DNA of 64,000 nucleotides from NCBI GenBank assembly GCA_965237415.1, contig CBDEFM010000002.1, positions 3,264,001 through 3,328,000 on the forward strand, written 5' to 3'. Shown here in pieces: positions 20,586 through 30,563 of this stretch (the first letter of the stretch is position 1; every line of letters starts with the position of its first letter). The notes below the pieces were generated by a model. It had not been told where the DNA came from, did no database searches, and saw only the letters and a list, made by a program, of their open reading frames with translations. This DNA is from Alphaproteobacteria bacterium. GTDB lineage: Bacteria > Pseudomonadota > Alphaproteobacteria > UBA828. The position numbers were made by a program, and so were the translations under genes.

Positions 20586-22139
20586 TCAGATTTTCCGCTC
20601 GTGGCCTGCCCAGAAGCGCTCGCGCACCTTGCGCTTCAGCACCTTGCCGACCCCGCTGCGGGGAAGCTCCTCCCAGAACTCCACCGTCTTCGGCGCCTTG
20701 TAGGGGGAAAGCTCCTGCTTGCAGAGGGCGATGAGGTCGTCCCCGCTCACCTGCTCGCCCTGCTTCAGCTCGACCACCGCCTTCACCGCCTCGCCCCACT
20801 TCTCATCAGGCACACCGATCACGGCGCAGTCCTGCACCGCCGGGTGGCTCCAGATCACGCGCTCGATCTCGATCGGGAAGACGTTGAGCCCGCCCGAGAT
20901 GATCATGTCCTTCTTGCGGTCGACGATATAGACGAAGCCGTCCTCGTCCTTGTAGCCGATGTCGCCGGTGTGGTGCCAACCGTGGGCGCGGATTTCCGCC
21001 GTCGCCTCCGGTTCGGCGAAATAGCCGAGGGAGACGAAGGTGCCGCGCACCACGATCTCCCCCCATTCGCCGGTCGGCATCAGATTGCCGTCGTCGTCCA
21101 TCATCTCCACCTCGACGAAGACCGGCGGGCGGCCGCAGCTCAGCAGGCGGTGGCGCTTGGCGGGGTCGGCGAGGGCCTCCAGATGGTCGGCGGGCGTCAG
21201 GATGCCGATGGTGCAGGGGCACTCGGCCTGGCCGTAGATCTGGGTCATGCAGGGGCCGAAGAGGTCGATCGCCTCGGCCGCCTTGTCGGCCGACATCGGC
21301 GCGCCGCCATAGACGAAGTAATCAAGCGTTGAGTAATCGAACTCCCTGGCGCGCCGGTGGGCCAGCATCATGTAGATCACCGTCGGCGGCATGAAGGTGT
21401 GGGTCACGCCGTGGCGGTCGATCGCCTCCATGACGGCGAGCGGATCGGCCTTCTGGATACAGACCGTGGTACCGCCGAAGGCCATGGCGGGCCAGGCGAA
21501 GACGCCGGCGCCGTGGGCCATCGAGGTCGCGACCAGGTGCACCGGCGGCTTCTTGATCGGCAGGTGGGCGTAAGCGTTGGCGCACCAGGCCTCCCAGATC
21601 AGGTTCGACCACATCGCGCCCTTGGGCCGGCCGGTGGTGCCGCCGGAGGTGAAGTGGCTGATGACCGCATCGCGATCGTCCGGGAGCTCCGGTGCTACGT
21701 CGCCATGGCCCGCAATGAAATCCTCGAACGACGGCGCGTCCGCGCCCGCACGGCCGAGGCAGACGAGGTGACGGAGCTTCGGGCACCGGGCGCGGATCTG
21801 TGCGATCGCCGGCTCGAAGCTCGAATCGTAGAAGAGCCAGGCGGCCTCGCGCTGGTCGATGACGTAGGCGTTCTCGTCCGCCGACGCGAGCGCAGCGAGG
21901 CCGACCCAGACGCCGCCGGCGCGCGCCGCGCCGATCCAGGCCTCGAAGGCGCGGCTGCTGTTGGGGCTCAGGATCGCCACCCGGTCGCCCAGCACGAGCC
22001 CGCCTGCGACCAGCGCGTTCGCCGTGCGGTGGCTGCGTTCGGCCACCTCGCGATAGCTGATCTCGCCGGTCCCGTCGATGAGGCAGGCGCGGTCCGGGTA
22101 GTAGCGGTGCCCGCGCTCGAAGTAGTCGATCAGCCTCAT
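20586..22139 (-). CDS. AMP-binding acyl-CoA ligase
   Basis: FTSGGTTGRPKG, YGQAE, HTGDIG, DRKKDMIISGG, LPRSGVGKVLK. Confidence 0.92.
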   Translation of the reverse strand: MRLIDYFERGHRYYPDRACLIDGTGEISYREVAERSHRTANALVAGGLVLGDRVAILSPNSSRAFEAWIGAARAGGVWVGLAALASADENAYVIDQREAAWLFYDSSFEPAIAQIRARCPKLRHLVCLGRAGADAPSFEDFIAGHGDVAPELPDDRDAVISHFTSGGTTGRPKGAMWSNLIWEAWCANAYAHLPIKKPPVHLVATSMAHGAGVFAWPAMAFGGTTVCIQKADPLAVMEAIDRHGVTHTFMPPTVIYMMLAHRRAREFDYSTLDYFVYGGAPMSADKAAEAIDLFGPCMTQIYGQAECPCTIGILTPADHLEALADPAKRHRLLSCGRPPVFVEVEMMDDDGNLMPTGEWGEIVVRGTFVSLGYFAEPEATAEIRAHGWHHTGDIGYKDEDGFVYIVDRKKDMIISGGLNVFPIEIERVIWSHPAVQDCAVIGVPDEKWGEAVKAVVELKQGEQVSGDDLIALCKQELSPYKAPKTVEFWEELPRSGVGKVLKRKVRERFWAGHERKI

Positions 22140-22220
22140 GCGGCTCCTCCCGGATCGCCCCTCGGATGCCCCTCGGCCCCCCGCGCGCGCCGCCCCGCTC
22201 TACGCGGAATTGACTCGGAT

Positions 22221-22238
22221 TTCAAACAAGTGTTTGCT
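22221..22238. promoter_or_regulatory. PsrA-like TetR operator in divergent promoter
   Basis: TTCAAAC-AAGT-GTTTG matches CAAAC-N4-GTTTG; adjacent TTGACT -35-like hexamer. Confidence 0.55.
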
Positions 22239-22282
22239 CGGCACCGCGCCGCCCGGCCGCCGCAATCGGAGAGAGTGACGCC

Positions 22283-23500
22283 ATGCTTTCGCTGCCCAAG
22301 CAGGAGCTGAAGGGCCACTTCACCATGCTGCCGATGGACGAGGTCCATTTCGGCTCCGGCAGCCTCGAAAATCTTTCCGCCGAGCTGGAGAAGCAGGGCG
22401 TCAGCCGGGCCGTCATCATCACCGGCAACACCTTGGCCCAAAACACGGAACTGGTGGAGAAGGTGGCCGCCGCAGCGGGCAACAAGTGCGCGGGCGTCTT
22501 CCACGAGACCTCGCAGCACGTGCCGCGCCGCACCGTGATCGCCGCCGCCGACTACGCGCGCGAGCGGGGCGCGGACGCCCTCATCAGCTTCGGCGGCGGC
22601 ACGCCCAACGATACCGCGAAGGCCGCCACCATCTGCCTCGCCGAGGGGATCACGGAGCCCGCCGGCCTCGATCGGTACATGATCAAGTTCACCTACCCGG
22701 ATCAGGTCGAGATTCCGTCGCTCACGAACGACCCGATCCCGATGTTCGCGATCCCGACGACGCTGTCGGCCGGCGAGTTCACCTATTTCGTCGGCATCAC
22801 CGACGAGGACCGCAAGGTGAAGGACCTCTACGTCGACCGGCGGATCACGGCGAAGGCGGTCATCCTCGACCCCGACCTCACGATGGATACGCCGGAGCGG
22901 CTCTGGCTGGGCACGGGCATGCGCGCGGTCGATCACTGCATCGAGGCGATGTGCTCCAGCACGGCGCAGCCCTTCATCGATGCGCTCGCCTACCGTGCGC
23001 TCAACATGCTGGTGCGCTACCTGCGCGAGACCAAGGCCGACCCGGAAGACAGTTCGGCGCGGGGGCAGTGCATGGTGGCGGCCTGGATGTCGGTCTGCGG
23101 GCTTGCCAACGTCACGCTGGGCTTGAGCCACGGCATCGGCCACCAGTTGGGCGCCCGCTGCAACGTGCCCCACGGCGAGACCTCGGCGGTGATGATGCCG
23201 CACGTCATGGCCTTCAACCGCGAGCAAACCATGACCCGGCAGGCCTGGGTGGCCGAAGCCATGGGCGTCGACATCGCCGCCATGAGCGAGGAGGAGGCCG
23301 CAACCGCCGCGGCGGACGAGGTGGCGACGTTGGTGCGCGAGGATATGGGCCTGCCCTGGCGGCTCCGGGATGTCGGCGTCGCGCACGACGATTTTCCCGG
23401 CATCGCGGCCGATGCGCTTGAGGACATCATCGTCGCCAGCAATCCGCGCCAGGTGACGTCAACGGAAGAGGTCATCGACCTCTTGCACAAGGCCTGGTAG
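22283..23500 (+). CDS. Iron-containing alcohol dehydrogenase family (maleylacetate-reductase-like)
   Basis: SFGGGTPNDTAK, IPTTLSAGE, DHCIE, SHGIGHQLG, VPHG. Confidence 0.88.
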   Translation: MLSLPKQELKGHFTMLPMDEVHFGSGSLENLSAELEKQGVSRAVIITGNTLAQNTELVEKVAAAAGNKCAGVFHETSQHVPRRTVIAAADYARERGADALISFGGGTPNDTAKAATICLAEGITEPAGLDRYMIKFTYPDQVEIPSLTNDPIPMFAIPTTLSAGEFTYFVGITDEDRKVKDLYVDRRITAKAVILDPDLTMDTPERLWLGTGMRAVDHCIEAMCSSTAQPFIDALAYRALNMLVRYLRETKADPEDSSARGQCMVAAWMSVCGLANVTLGLSHGIGHQLGARCNVPHGETSAVMMPHVMAFNREQTMTRQAWVAEAMGVDIAAMSEEEAATAAADEVATLVREDMGLPWRLRDVGVAHDDFPGIAADALEDIIVASNPRQVTSTEEVIDLLHKAW

Positions 23501-23509
23501 CGCAGGCTG

Positions 23510-23801
23510 AGCCCGGATTTCTCGCCAATGTCACGGCCTGCGTCGCGCCCAGACGTTCGATCCGCCAGGAGCGGGCCGAAAAGCGTATCGGGGAATACGG
23601 TTGAGGCCCGCGACGTGCGCTCCGCGCGCGTGGACGCGCGACGCGGGCGGGCGTCTGGGCGCGACCCGAAGGGCGGCGCTGTCCGGCCGACAGGGTTCGT
23701 CAAGCTGCTTGCCCGATGCCCCACATCGCGCTACGCAGCCTTCCTGCCCTGGCGGCCGGACAGCGCCGCGCAGGCCATGACATTGGCGAGAATTCCGGGC
23801 T
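23510..23801. mobile_element. MITE with 33-bp terminal inverted repeats
   Basis: Left AGCCCGGATTTCTCGCCAATGTCACGGCCTGCG vs reverse complement of right AGCCCGGAATTCTCGCCAATGTCATGGCCTGCG (31/33 match); no transposase inside. Confidence 0.8.
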
Positions 23802-23814
23802 AAGGGAGACACCC

Positions 23815-25902
23815 ATGGGCTATCGCATTGCCGTCGATACCGGCGGCACGTTCACCGATGTCGTGATCGCCGACGAAGCGGGCCGGCTCATCGTCGGCAA
23901 GGCGCTGACGACGACTGAGCGCACCTTCGAGGGGTTTCGCGAGGCGCTCGCCAATGCCGGGGAGATAGCGGGGGTCGCCTACGAGCGCCTGCTCGCCGAG
24001 ACCGAGATGCTGATCTACGGCACCACGCGGTCCACCAACTCGATCATCGAGGGCAAGGTCGCGAAGACGGCGCTGCTCACGACCGAGGGTTTTCCAGACA
24101 CGCTGCTCTACCGCCACGGCGGCAAGCGCGAGCCGCTCAACCTCGCGATGGAGTTCCCGCCGCCCTATATCCCCCGCCGCCTCACCTTCGAGATCCCGGA
24201 GCGCATCAACGCCGAGGGCGGCGTCGAGCGTGAGTTGGACGAAGCCGCCGCACGCGCGATCATCGAGAGCCTGCCACGCAAGCGCATTGAGGCGGTCGCG
24301 GTTGCGCTGCTCTGGTCGATCGTGAACCCCGACCACGAGCTTCGCATCGGCGCGCTGATTGCGGAGATCATGCCGGGCGTGCCCTACACCCTCTCCCACC
24401 AGCTCAACCCGATCATCCGCGAATTCCCGCGCACCTCTTCCACCGCCATCGACGCCTCGCTCAAGCCCTTGATGCAGAGCCATCTGGCCGAGTTCGAGAG
24501 CGACCTGCGCGCTGCAGGCTGCACCGGCGAGGTGCTGATCAGCACCTCCTCGGGCGGCGTGATGCACGTGGACGACGTGGTCGCGAAGCCGATCTACACC
24601 GTGAAGTCGGGGCCCGCGATGGGGCCGCTCGCGGGCATCGCCTATGGCGGCGCCGAGGACCAAGGCGACGACGTCATCATCGTCGACACCGGCGGCACCA
24701 CCTTCGACGTGAGCCTGGTCCGCAGCGGCCAGGTCAAATACACCCGCGACACGTGGCTGCTGGGCGAGTGGATCGGCCACAACCTCGGCCTCTCCTCGGT
24801 CGATGTGAGGAGCGTCGGCGCCGGCGGCGGCTCGATCGCCTGGATCGATGCCGGCGGTCTGCTGCGCGTCGGCCCGCAGAGCGCGGGCGCCCGCCCCGGC
24901 CCCGCCTGCTACGGCCAGGGCGGCGAGGAGCCCACCGTCACCGACGCCGCCGTCGTGCTCGGCTATATCGACCCGGACTATTTCCTCGGCGGGCGCATGA
25001 GACTCGACGTCGCCGCCGCGGCGGACGTGCTGGAGAAGGTCGCGGTGCCGCTGAAGCTCTCGGCGGACGAGGCCGCGTCTGCGCTGCTGACGCTTGCCGG
25101 CGAGCAGATGATCAAGGCGATCCAGGAGATCACGGTCCAGGACGGGGTGAACCCCGGCGAGAGCATCATCGTCGCCGGCGGTGGCGCGGCCGGGCTCAAC
25201 ATCATCCCCATCGCCCAGGCTCTCGGCTGCCGCCGCGTGCTGCTGCCGCGCACGGCGGGCGCGCTCAGCGCCTGCGGCGGGCAGTTCTCCAACATCGTCA
25301 CCGAGTTCAGCGCGAGCCGCTACGCGCATTCGAACACCTTCGACTTCGACGGTGTGCGCGAATCGCTCTCCGGCATCGCGGCCCGCATGGACGCGTTCGA
25401 GGAGAAGCTGCGCGATCGCAGCATCGAGCGCTTCGGGCGCGAGTATTTCGTCGAGGCCCGCTACATCAACCAGCAGTGGGAGATGGAGATTCCCATGCCC
25501 ATGGACCGCTTCGAGGGCCAAGCGGACGTGGAGCGGTTGGTGGAGACCTTCCACGATGTCCATTTCCGCCGCTATGCGGTGAAGGAAGAGGGTGGCGCCA
25601 TCGAGTGCATCAACTGGAAGGGCCGGATCACGGCGTTCCTGGACAAGCCGTCGTTCCCGACCGAGCCGATGGCGGACGGCCCCCTGCCCAAGCCGCGCCG
25701 CACCACGCGGGCCTATTTCGGCGAGGCCGGCGCCTTGGACACGCCCTCCCATCTCGGCGATGATCTGCTTCCCGGCATGGTGGTGGCGGGCCCCGCGATC
25801 ATCGAGGAGCCCACGACCACGATCGTCGTCTATCCGGGGTCGTCGGCGACCGTGACGGCCGGACGCAACTACCTGCTGGAGACCGGCGCCGTCGGCGCCT
25901 GA
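23815..25902 (+). CDS. Hydantoinase/oxoprolinase subunit A (second copy)
   Basis: VDTGGTFTD, SGPAMG, DTGGTTFD, GAGGGSIA, GPQSAGARPGPACY; ATG 23815 after a GGAG RBS. Confidence 0.92.
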   Translation: MGYRIAVDTGGTFTDVVIADEAGRLIVGKALTTTERTFEGFREALANAGEIAGVAYERLLAETEMLIYGTTRSTNSIIEGKVAKTALLTTEGFPDTLLYRHGGKREPLNLAMEFPPPYIPRRLTFEIPERINAEGGVERELDEAAARAIIESLPRKRIEAVAVALLWSIVNPDHELRIGALIAEIMPGVPYTLSHQLNPIIREFPRTSSTAIDASLKPLMQSHLAEFESDLRAAGCTGEVLISTSSGGVMHVDDVVAKPIYTVKSGPAMGPLAGIAYGGAEDQGDDVIIVDTGGTTFDVSLVRSGQVKYTRDTWLLGEWIGHNLGLSSVDVRSVGAGGGSIAWIDAGGLLRVGPQSAGARPGPACYGQGGEEPTVTDAAVVLGYIDPDYFLGGRMRLDVAAAADVLEKVAVPLKLSADEAASALLTLAGEQMIKAIQEITVQDGVNPGESIIVAGGGAAGLNIIPIAQALGCRRVLLPRTAGALSACGGQFSNIVTEFSASRYAHSNTFDFDGVRESLSGIAARMDAFEEKLRDRSIERFGREYFVEARYINQQWEMEIPMPMDRFEGQADVERLVETFHDVHFRRYAVKEEGGAIECINWKGRITAFLDKPSFPTEPMADGPLPKPRRTTRAYFGEAGALDTPSHLGDDLLPGMVVAGPAIIEEPTTTIVVYPGSSATVTAGRNYLLETGAVGA

Positions 25903-25913
25903 GGGAGGGAGCG

Positions 25914-27731
25914 ATGGCACAAGCACTCGCGGAAGCGCAGCGGGAGAACCGCATCAATCCGGTCCTGCTGCCGGTGATGGCGAACCGCATGGATGCGGTC
26001 TGCCGCGAGATGACCAACACCATGCTGCTGGCGGCGCGGTCCTCCGTCATCGGCATGGCGCGCGACTTCTCGTGTGCGGTCATCACGTCGGACAACCAAG
26101 TGCTCGCCGTGGCCGAGGGCTTCCCCATCCACGTCTGGGGCACCAACATCCAGACCAAGTCGATGCAGGACCTGCATCCCGACTATGCCGAGGGCGATGC
26201 CTACCTGCACAACGATCCCTACCTCGGCAACACCCACCCGGCCGACCACACCATCCTGGTGCCGGTGTTCCATGAGGGGGAGCACTTCTTCACCGTCGCG
26301 GTGAAGGCGCATCAGGCCGATGTCGGCAACAGCCTGCCCACCACCTACATGGCGCAAGCCGCGGACGTCTATCAGGAAGGCGCGTTGATCTTCCCCTGCG
26401 TCCAGGTGCAGCGGGATTTCCAGAACATCGACGACATCATCCGCATGTGCGAGCGCCGCATCCGCGTGCCCGAGCAGTGGTACGGCGACTATCTCGCCGC
26501 CGTCGGCGCGGCCCGCGTCGGCGAGCGCTCGGTCAAGGCCTTCATCGCCAAGTACGGCGCCCACGCGGTGCGCCACTTCACCGAGGAATGGTTCGACTAT
26601 TCCGAACGCCGCTGCATCGAGGCCATCCGTGCGCTGCCCAAGGGCAAGCTCAAGGGCGCGCTGGCGCACGACCCGGTCGAGCCCTGGGTGCCGGAGGGGA
26701 TCCCGATCAACGTGACGATCGACATCGACCCCGACGAGGCGCGGGTGACGGTGGACCTGCGCGACAACATCGACTGCATCGACGCCGGCCTCAATCTGAC
26801 CGAGACCACGTCCACCATGGCGGCGGTGCAGGGCGTGCTCACCTGCCTCGGCGAGGACCTGCCGCCCAACTCCGGCACCATGCGCCGCATCGAGGTGCTG
26901 CTGCGCGAGAACTGCGCGGTGGGGATTCCGCGCTTCCCCCACAGCTGCTCGGTCGCGACCACCAACCTCGCCGACGTGATCGTCAACGTGACGCAATCCG
27001 CCTTCGCCGAGCTCGGCGACGGCCAGGGCTTCGCTCACGGCAACTACTGCAATTCGGCCGCCGCCGGGGTCGCCTCCGGCACCGACTGGCGGCGGGGTGG
27101 CGAGCCCTACATCAACCAGATGTTCATGATGGGCGGCGGCGGCGGTGCGTCCGCCGAGAACGACGGCATGCACTATCTCTTCGTGCCGGTGGCGGCGGGC
27201 CTGCTCTACCGCGACAGCATCGAGATCAACGAGCAGCGCTTCCCCGTGCTCATCGACAAGATGCACGTCGTCACCGATTCCATGGGCCACGGGCGGCGGC
27301 GCGGCGGGCCGGCGACCGAGGTGATCATGGGGCCGCGCAACGACTCCATGCGCATCCTCCACGTCTGCAACGGGCTCGAGAGCGCGCCCAAGGGCGTGCG
27401 CGGCGGCACCGGCTCCCAGCTCGGCGGCAATGCCAGGATCGACCGGGACGGCAACGAGCATCCCTATCCGGCAGTAATGGTGTGCGATCTGGAAGATGGC
27501 GAGCGCCTGCGTGCGCGGGATCAGGGCGGCGGCGGCTACGGCAGCCCGGTGGAGCGCGAGACCCATCGGGTGCTGAACGACGTGGCCGAGCGCTTCGTCA
27601 CGGTCGAGACGGCGCGCGATGTCTATGGCGTCGCCATCACCGGCAGCGTGGCCGACGACACCCTCGCCGTGGACGAAGCCGCCACCGCCTCGCTCCGGGC
27701 CTCGATGAACGGCGGCGGCGCCACGGCCTAG
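25914..27731 (+). CDS. Hydantoinase B/oxoprolinase subunit B (second copy)
   Basis: ARDFSC, NDPYLGNTHPAD, HQADVG, GGGGYGSP. Confidence 0.92.
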   Translation: MAQALAEAQRENRINPVLLPVMANRMDAVCREMTNTMLLAARSSVIGMARDFSCAVITSDNQVLAVAEGFPIHVWGTNIQTKSMQDLHPDYAEGDAYLHNDPYLGNTHPADHTILVPVFHEGEHFFTVAVKAHQADVGNSLPTTYMAQAADVYQEGALIFPCVQVQRDFQNIDDIIRMCERRIRVPEQWYGDYLAAVGAARVGERSVKAFIAKYGAHAVRHFTEEWFDYSERRCIEAIRALPKGKLKGALAHDPVEPWVPEGIPINVTIDIDPDEARVTVDLRDNIDCIDAGLNLTETTSTMAAVQGVLTCLGEDLPPNSGTMRRIEVLLRENCAVGIPRFPHSCSVATTNLADVIVNVTQSAFAELGDGQGFAHGNYCNSAAAGVASGTDWRRGGEPYINQMFMMGGGGGASAENDGMHYLFVPVAAGLLYRDSIEINEQRFPVLIDKMHVVTDSMGHGRRRGGPATEVIMGPRNDSMRILHVCNGLESAPKGVRGGTGSQLGGNARIDRDGNEHPYPAVMVCDLEDGERLRARDQGGGGYGSPVERETHRVLNDVAERFVTVETARDVYGVAITGSVADDTLAVDEAATASLRASMNGGGATA

Positions 27732-27771
27732 GCGCTCCCGCAGCTCGGCCAGCCGCGTCGCAGAGGCACAA

Positions 27772-28545
27772 GTGCCGATAAGCCTCGCCGGCAAGACGGC
27801 CATCGTCACCGGTGCCGGCCGCGGCATCGGCAAGGCGGTGGCCGAGGTCTTCGCCCGCGAAGGGGCCAAGGTCCTGGTGGTCAACCGCAGCCCCGAGGCC
27901 GGCCAAGCCGCCACCGACGGGATCGTGGCCGAGGGCTTCGAGGCCTCCTTCCTCCAGGCCGACGTGCGCAGACAAGCTGACATGGAGCGCATGGCCGCCG
28001 CCTGCATAGCGCGCTACGGCCGCATCGACATCCTCTGCCTCAACGCCGGCATCTACCCCAACGCGCTCATCGCCGACATGACGGAGGCGATGTGGGACGA
28101 TGTGATGGACACCAACCTCAAGGGCGTGTTCTTCGCGGCCCAGGCGTGTCTCCCGCAGATGAAAAGCCAGCGGGCAGGGCGGCTCCTCGTCGTCTCCTCG
28201 ATCACCGGCCCCCGCGTGGGGCTGCCGGACGTGAGCTGCTACATGGCGTCCAAGGGCGGCGTGAACGCCTTCGTCCGAGGCGCGGCGTTGGAACTCGCCC
28301 CCTACAATATCACCGCCAACACGGTCTCCCCCGGCTCGATCCTGACCGAGGGCATCGCCCAGGCCCGCGGCGAAGAGGCGGTGAAGGAATTCAGCCGTGT
28401 GATCCCCGCCGGTCATCTGGGCGACCCGGAGGACGTGGCCTACGCGCTGGTCTACCTCGCCTCGGACCAGGCCCGCTTCGTCACCGGCCACGACATCGTG
28501 CTCGACGGCGGCCAGATTCTGCCTGAGAGACCGCTCGGTCTCTGA
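27772..28545 (+). CDS. SDR-family oxidoreductase (FabG-like)
   Basis: TGAGRGIG, NAGI, YMASK. Confidence 0.9.
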   Translation: MPISLAGKTAIVTGAGRGIGKAVAEVFAREGAKVLVVNRSPEAGQAATDGIVAEGFEASFLQADVRRQADMERMAAACIARYGRIDILCLNAGIYPNALIADMTEAMWDDVMDTNLKGVFFAAQACLPQMKSQRAGRLLVVSSITGPRVGLPDVSCYMASKGGVNAFVRGAALELAPYNITANTVSPGSILTEGIAQARGEEAVKEFSRVIPAGHLGDPEDVAYALVYLASDQARFVTGHDIVLDGGQILPERPLGL

Positions 28546-28582
28546 GCGGGCCGCATCCCCGACGACGCCTTGCCAATCAGGC

Positions 28583-28608
28583 TATTCCCGGTTATATAAC
28601 CGGGAATA
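28583..28608. promoter_or_regulatory. Perfect 26-bp palindrome, probable TA operator
   Basis: TATTCCCGGTTAT|ATAACCGGGAATA immediately upstream of the antitoxin RBS (GGAGG). Confidence 0.75.
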
Positions 28609-28623
28609 TGTTGGAGGTAGGTC

Positions 28624-28926
28624 GTGAGCGACTCATCCCAAAGACGTGCCACCGACAGGTACCGGCGCCGGCTGGCCGAACGCGGCATGGCCCGCTTCGA
28701 GGTGCTCGGGCGGGACGCCGATCGCGAGCTTATCCGTTCCCTGGCGAAGCGGCTTGCCGAGGACGGTCCGCAGGCTGACCGTCTTCGAACCGTGGTCCGA
28801 CACGGCGTTGCCGACGAGCCGCCACGAAGGGGCGGGATTCTCGAAGCGCTGCGCCGCTCGCCGCTGGTCGGTGAAGAGGCCGTTCCGCCCCGTCCCTTCG
28901 ATCCGGGACGCGAGGTCGATCTGTGA
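28624..28926 (+). CDS. Antitoxin partner of VapC
   Basis: Small basic ORF (YRRRLAERGMARFEV...ILEALRRSPL) overlapping the PIN toxin start by 4 bp. Confidence 0.75.
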   Translation: MSDSSQRRATDRYRRRLAERGMARFEVLGRDADRELIRSLAKRLAEDGPQADRLRTVVRHGVADEPPRRGGILEALRRSPLVGEEAVPPRPFDPGREVDL

Positions 28927-29360
28927 CCCGCTACCTTCTGGACACCAACATCATTAGCAACGTCACGAAGGCAGCGCCGTCAGAGGCCCTGCTCGCCTGG
29001 ATGGCCGAACAGATCGACGACGATCTCTTAATTTCCTCGCTCACGATTGCGGAAATTCGGCGCGGCATTTTGGAGAAGCCTGCTGGCCGCCGGCGCAATG
29101 CGCTCAAGGCCTGGTTCGCGGGCCCCGAAGGCCCGTCCGCTCTCTTCGCGGGCCGCGTTCTGCCGTTCGACGAGACTGCCGGGCTCGTCTGGGCGCGACT
29201 CATGGCTGAAGGCCGGGCGGAAGGCCGTCCCCGCAGCGCGCTCGACACCATCATCGCCGCGACCGCAGAAGCCAACGGCTGTATCGTCGTCACGGACAAC
29301 GAGCGGGACTTTCCCGGCGTCGAGACCTTCAACCCGGTTCGGCCCGCCGCCCGCCATTGA
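28923..29360 (+). CDS. vapC: VapC-family PIN-domain toxin
   Basis: YLLDTNIIS, SSLTIAEIRRGI, DTIIAATA, VTDNERDF. Confidence 0.92.
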   Translation: MTRYLLDTNIISNVTKAAPSEALLAWMAEQIDDDLLISSLTIAEIRRGILEKPAGRRRNALKAWFAGPEGPSALFAGRVLPFDETAGLVWARLMAEGRAEGRPRSALDTIIAATAEANGCIVVTDNERDFPGVETFNPVRPAARH

Positions 29361-29419
29361 CAGGTAGCGGCGATGGCCCGAGTCTCGGGCCGCTTTCGTC
29401 GAGCAGGGCTGGAGACCCC

Positions 29420-30526
29420 ATGAGCGGGAGGGGCGGAATCGACTTCGCCTTTGTGGCGGCGCCGGTGGGCGAGGAGGGGCTCTCCGACGCCGCGCTCTAC
29501 AAGGAGATTCTGGCGGACTGCGACTTCGCTCACCGGGCCGGCTACCGCGCGGCCTGGATGATCGAGCATCATTTCTCCGACTACTTCCCGACGCCCAACC
29601 CCTTGGCCTTCCTCTCCCACATCGCCGCGCGCTTCCCGGATTTCGCGCTCGGCACCTGCGTGCTGGTGACGCCCTGGTACGAGCCGCTCAGGCTCGCCGA
29701 GGAGATCGCGCAGCTCAACCTGCTCACCGACCAGCCGCTCCATCTCGGCCTCGGCCGGGGCACGGCGAAGTACGAGTACGACGCCTTCGGCGTGGCGATG
29801 GAGGAGAGCCGGCAGCGCTTCCGCGAGGTCTGGGAGATCGTGAGCACCGCGCTCGCCGGCGGGCGCTTCCGCTACGAAGGCCAGTATCTCAGCGTCCCCA
29901 CCCGCGTCGAGCTGCGCCCCCGCTCCGACACGAGCAAGATCAACTTCTACGGCGCCGTCGGCGGCAGCCCTGAGTCGGGCGCGGTGATGGCCTCGCTTGG
30001 CCTCCCGCCGATCATGACCGCCTTCAGCAATCTGCCGCTGCAGCGCGAGGCGCTCTCCGGCTGGAAGGAGGCGGCAGAGACCCACGGTATGGACGTGAAC
30101 GCCTTCCGCTACCCGATGATGGTCAACTGCATCATCGCCGATGAGGACGAGGAGGCCTACGCGCTCGCCAAGCGCTACATCCCGCGCTTCCAGCAGGCGC
30201 AGATCGACCATTACGAGGCCGACGACGGGCATTTCGAGACCCTCTCGACCTACACCGCCTGGGCCAGGATCTTCGCCAAGATGAAGGAGCGCACCGATCC
30301 CGCCAACATCCCGCCCTGGGCCGACGGGCAGTTCGTGGGCTCGCCCGAGACCGTGCGCCAGCGGGTCGAAGCTTACGTGGATGCGGGCTTCAACAGCTTC
30401 CTCATCCACACGGCGACGCCCGGCGTGCCGCGCCGCCACCGGCAGGCCTGGCTCGGCCGCTTTGCGGACGAGGTGGCGCCCTGTTTCGCCGGCGGCGAGG
30501 CGTTGCGCGCCGCCGCCAGCGCCTGA
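29420..30526 (+). CDS. LLM-class flavin-dependent monooxygenase
   Basis: WMIEHHF, PLRLAEEIA, LGLGRG. Confidence 0.88.
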   Translation: MSGRGGIDFAFVAAPVGEEGLSDAALYKEILADCDFAHRAGYRAAWMIEHHFSDYFPTPNPLAFLSHIAARFPDFALGTCVLVTPWYEPLRLAEEIAQLNLLTDQPLHLGLGRGTAKYEYDAFGVAMEESRQRFREVWEIVSTALAGGRFRYEGQYLSVPTRVELRPRSDTSKINFYGAVGGSPESGAVMASLGLPPIMTAFSNLPLQREALSGWKEAAETHGMDVNAFRYPMMVNCIIADEDEEAYALAKRYIPRFQQAQIDHYEADDGHFETLSTYTAWARIFAKMKERTDPANIPPWADGQFVGSPETVRQRVEAYVDAGFNSFLIHTATPGVPRRHRQAWLGRFADEVAPCFAGGEALRAAASA

Positions 30527-30563
30527 CGGGCGCCACCCGCGGGTGTCCGAGAAGGAAGCGACC

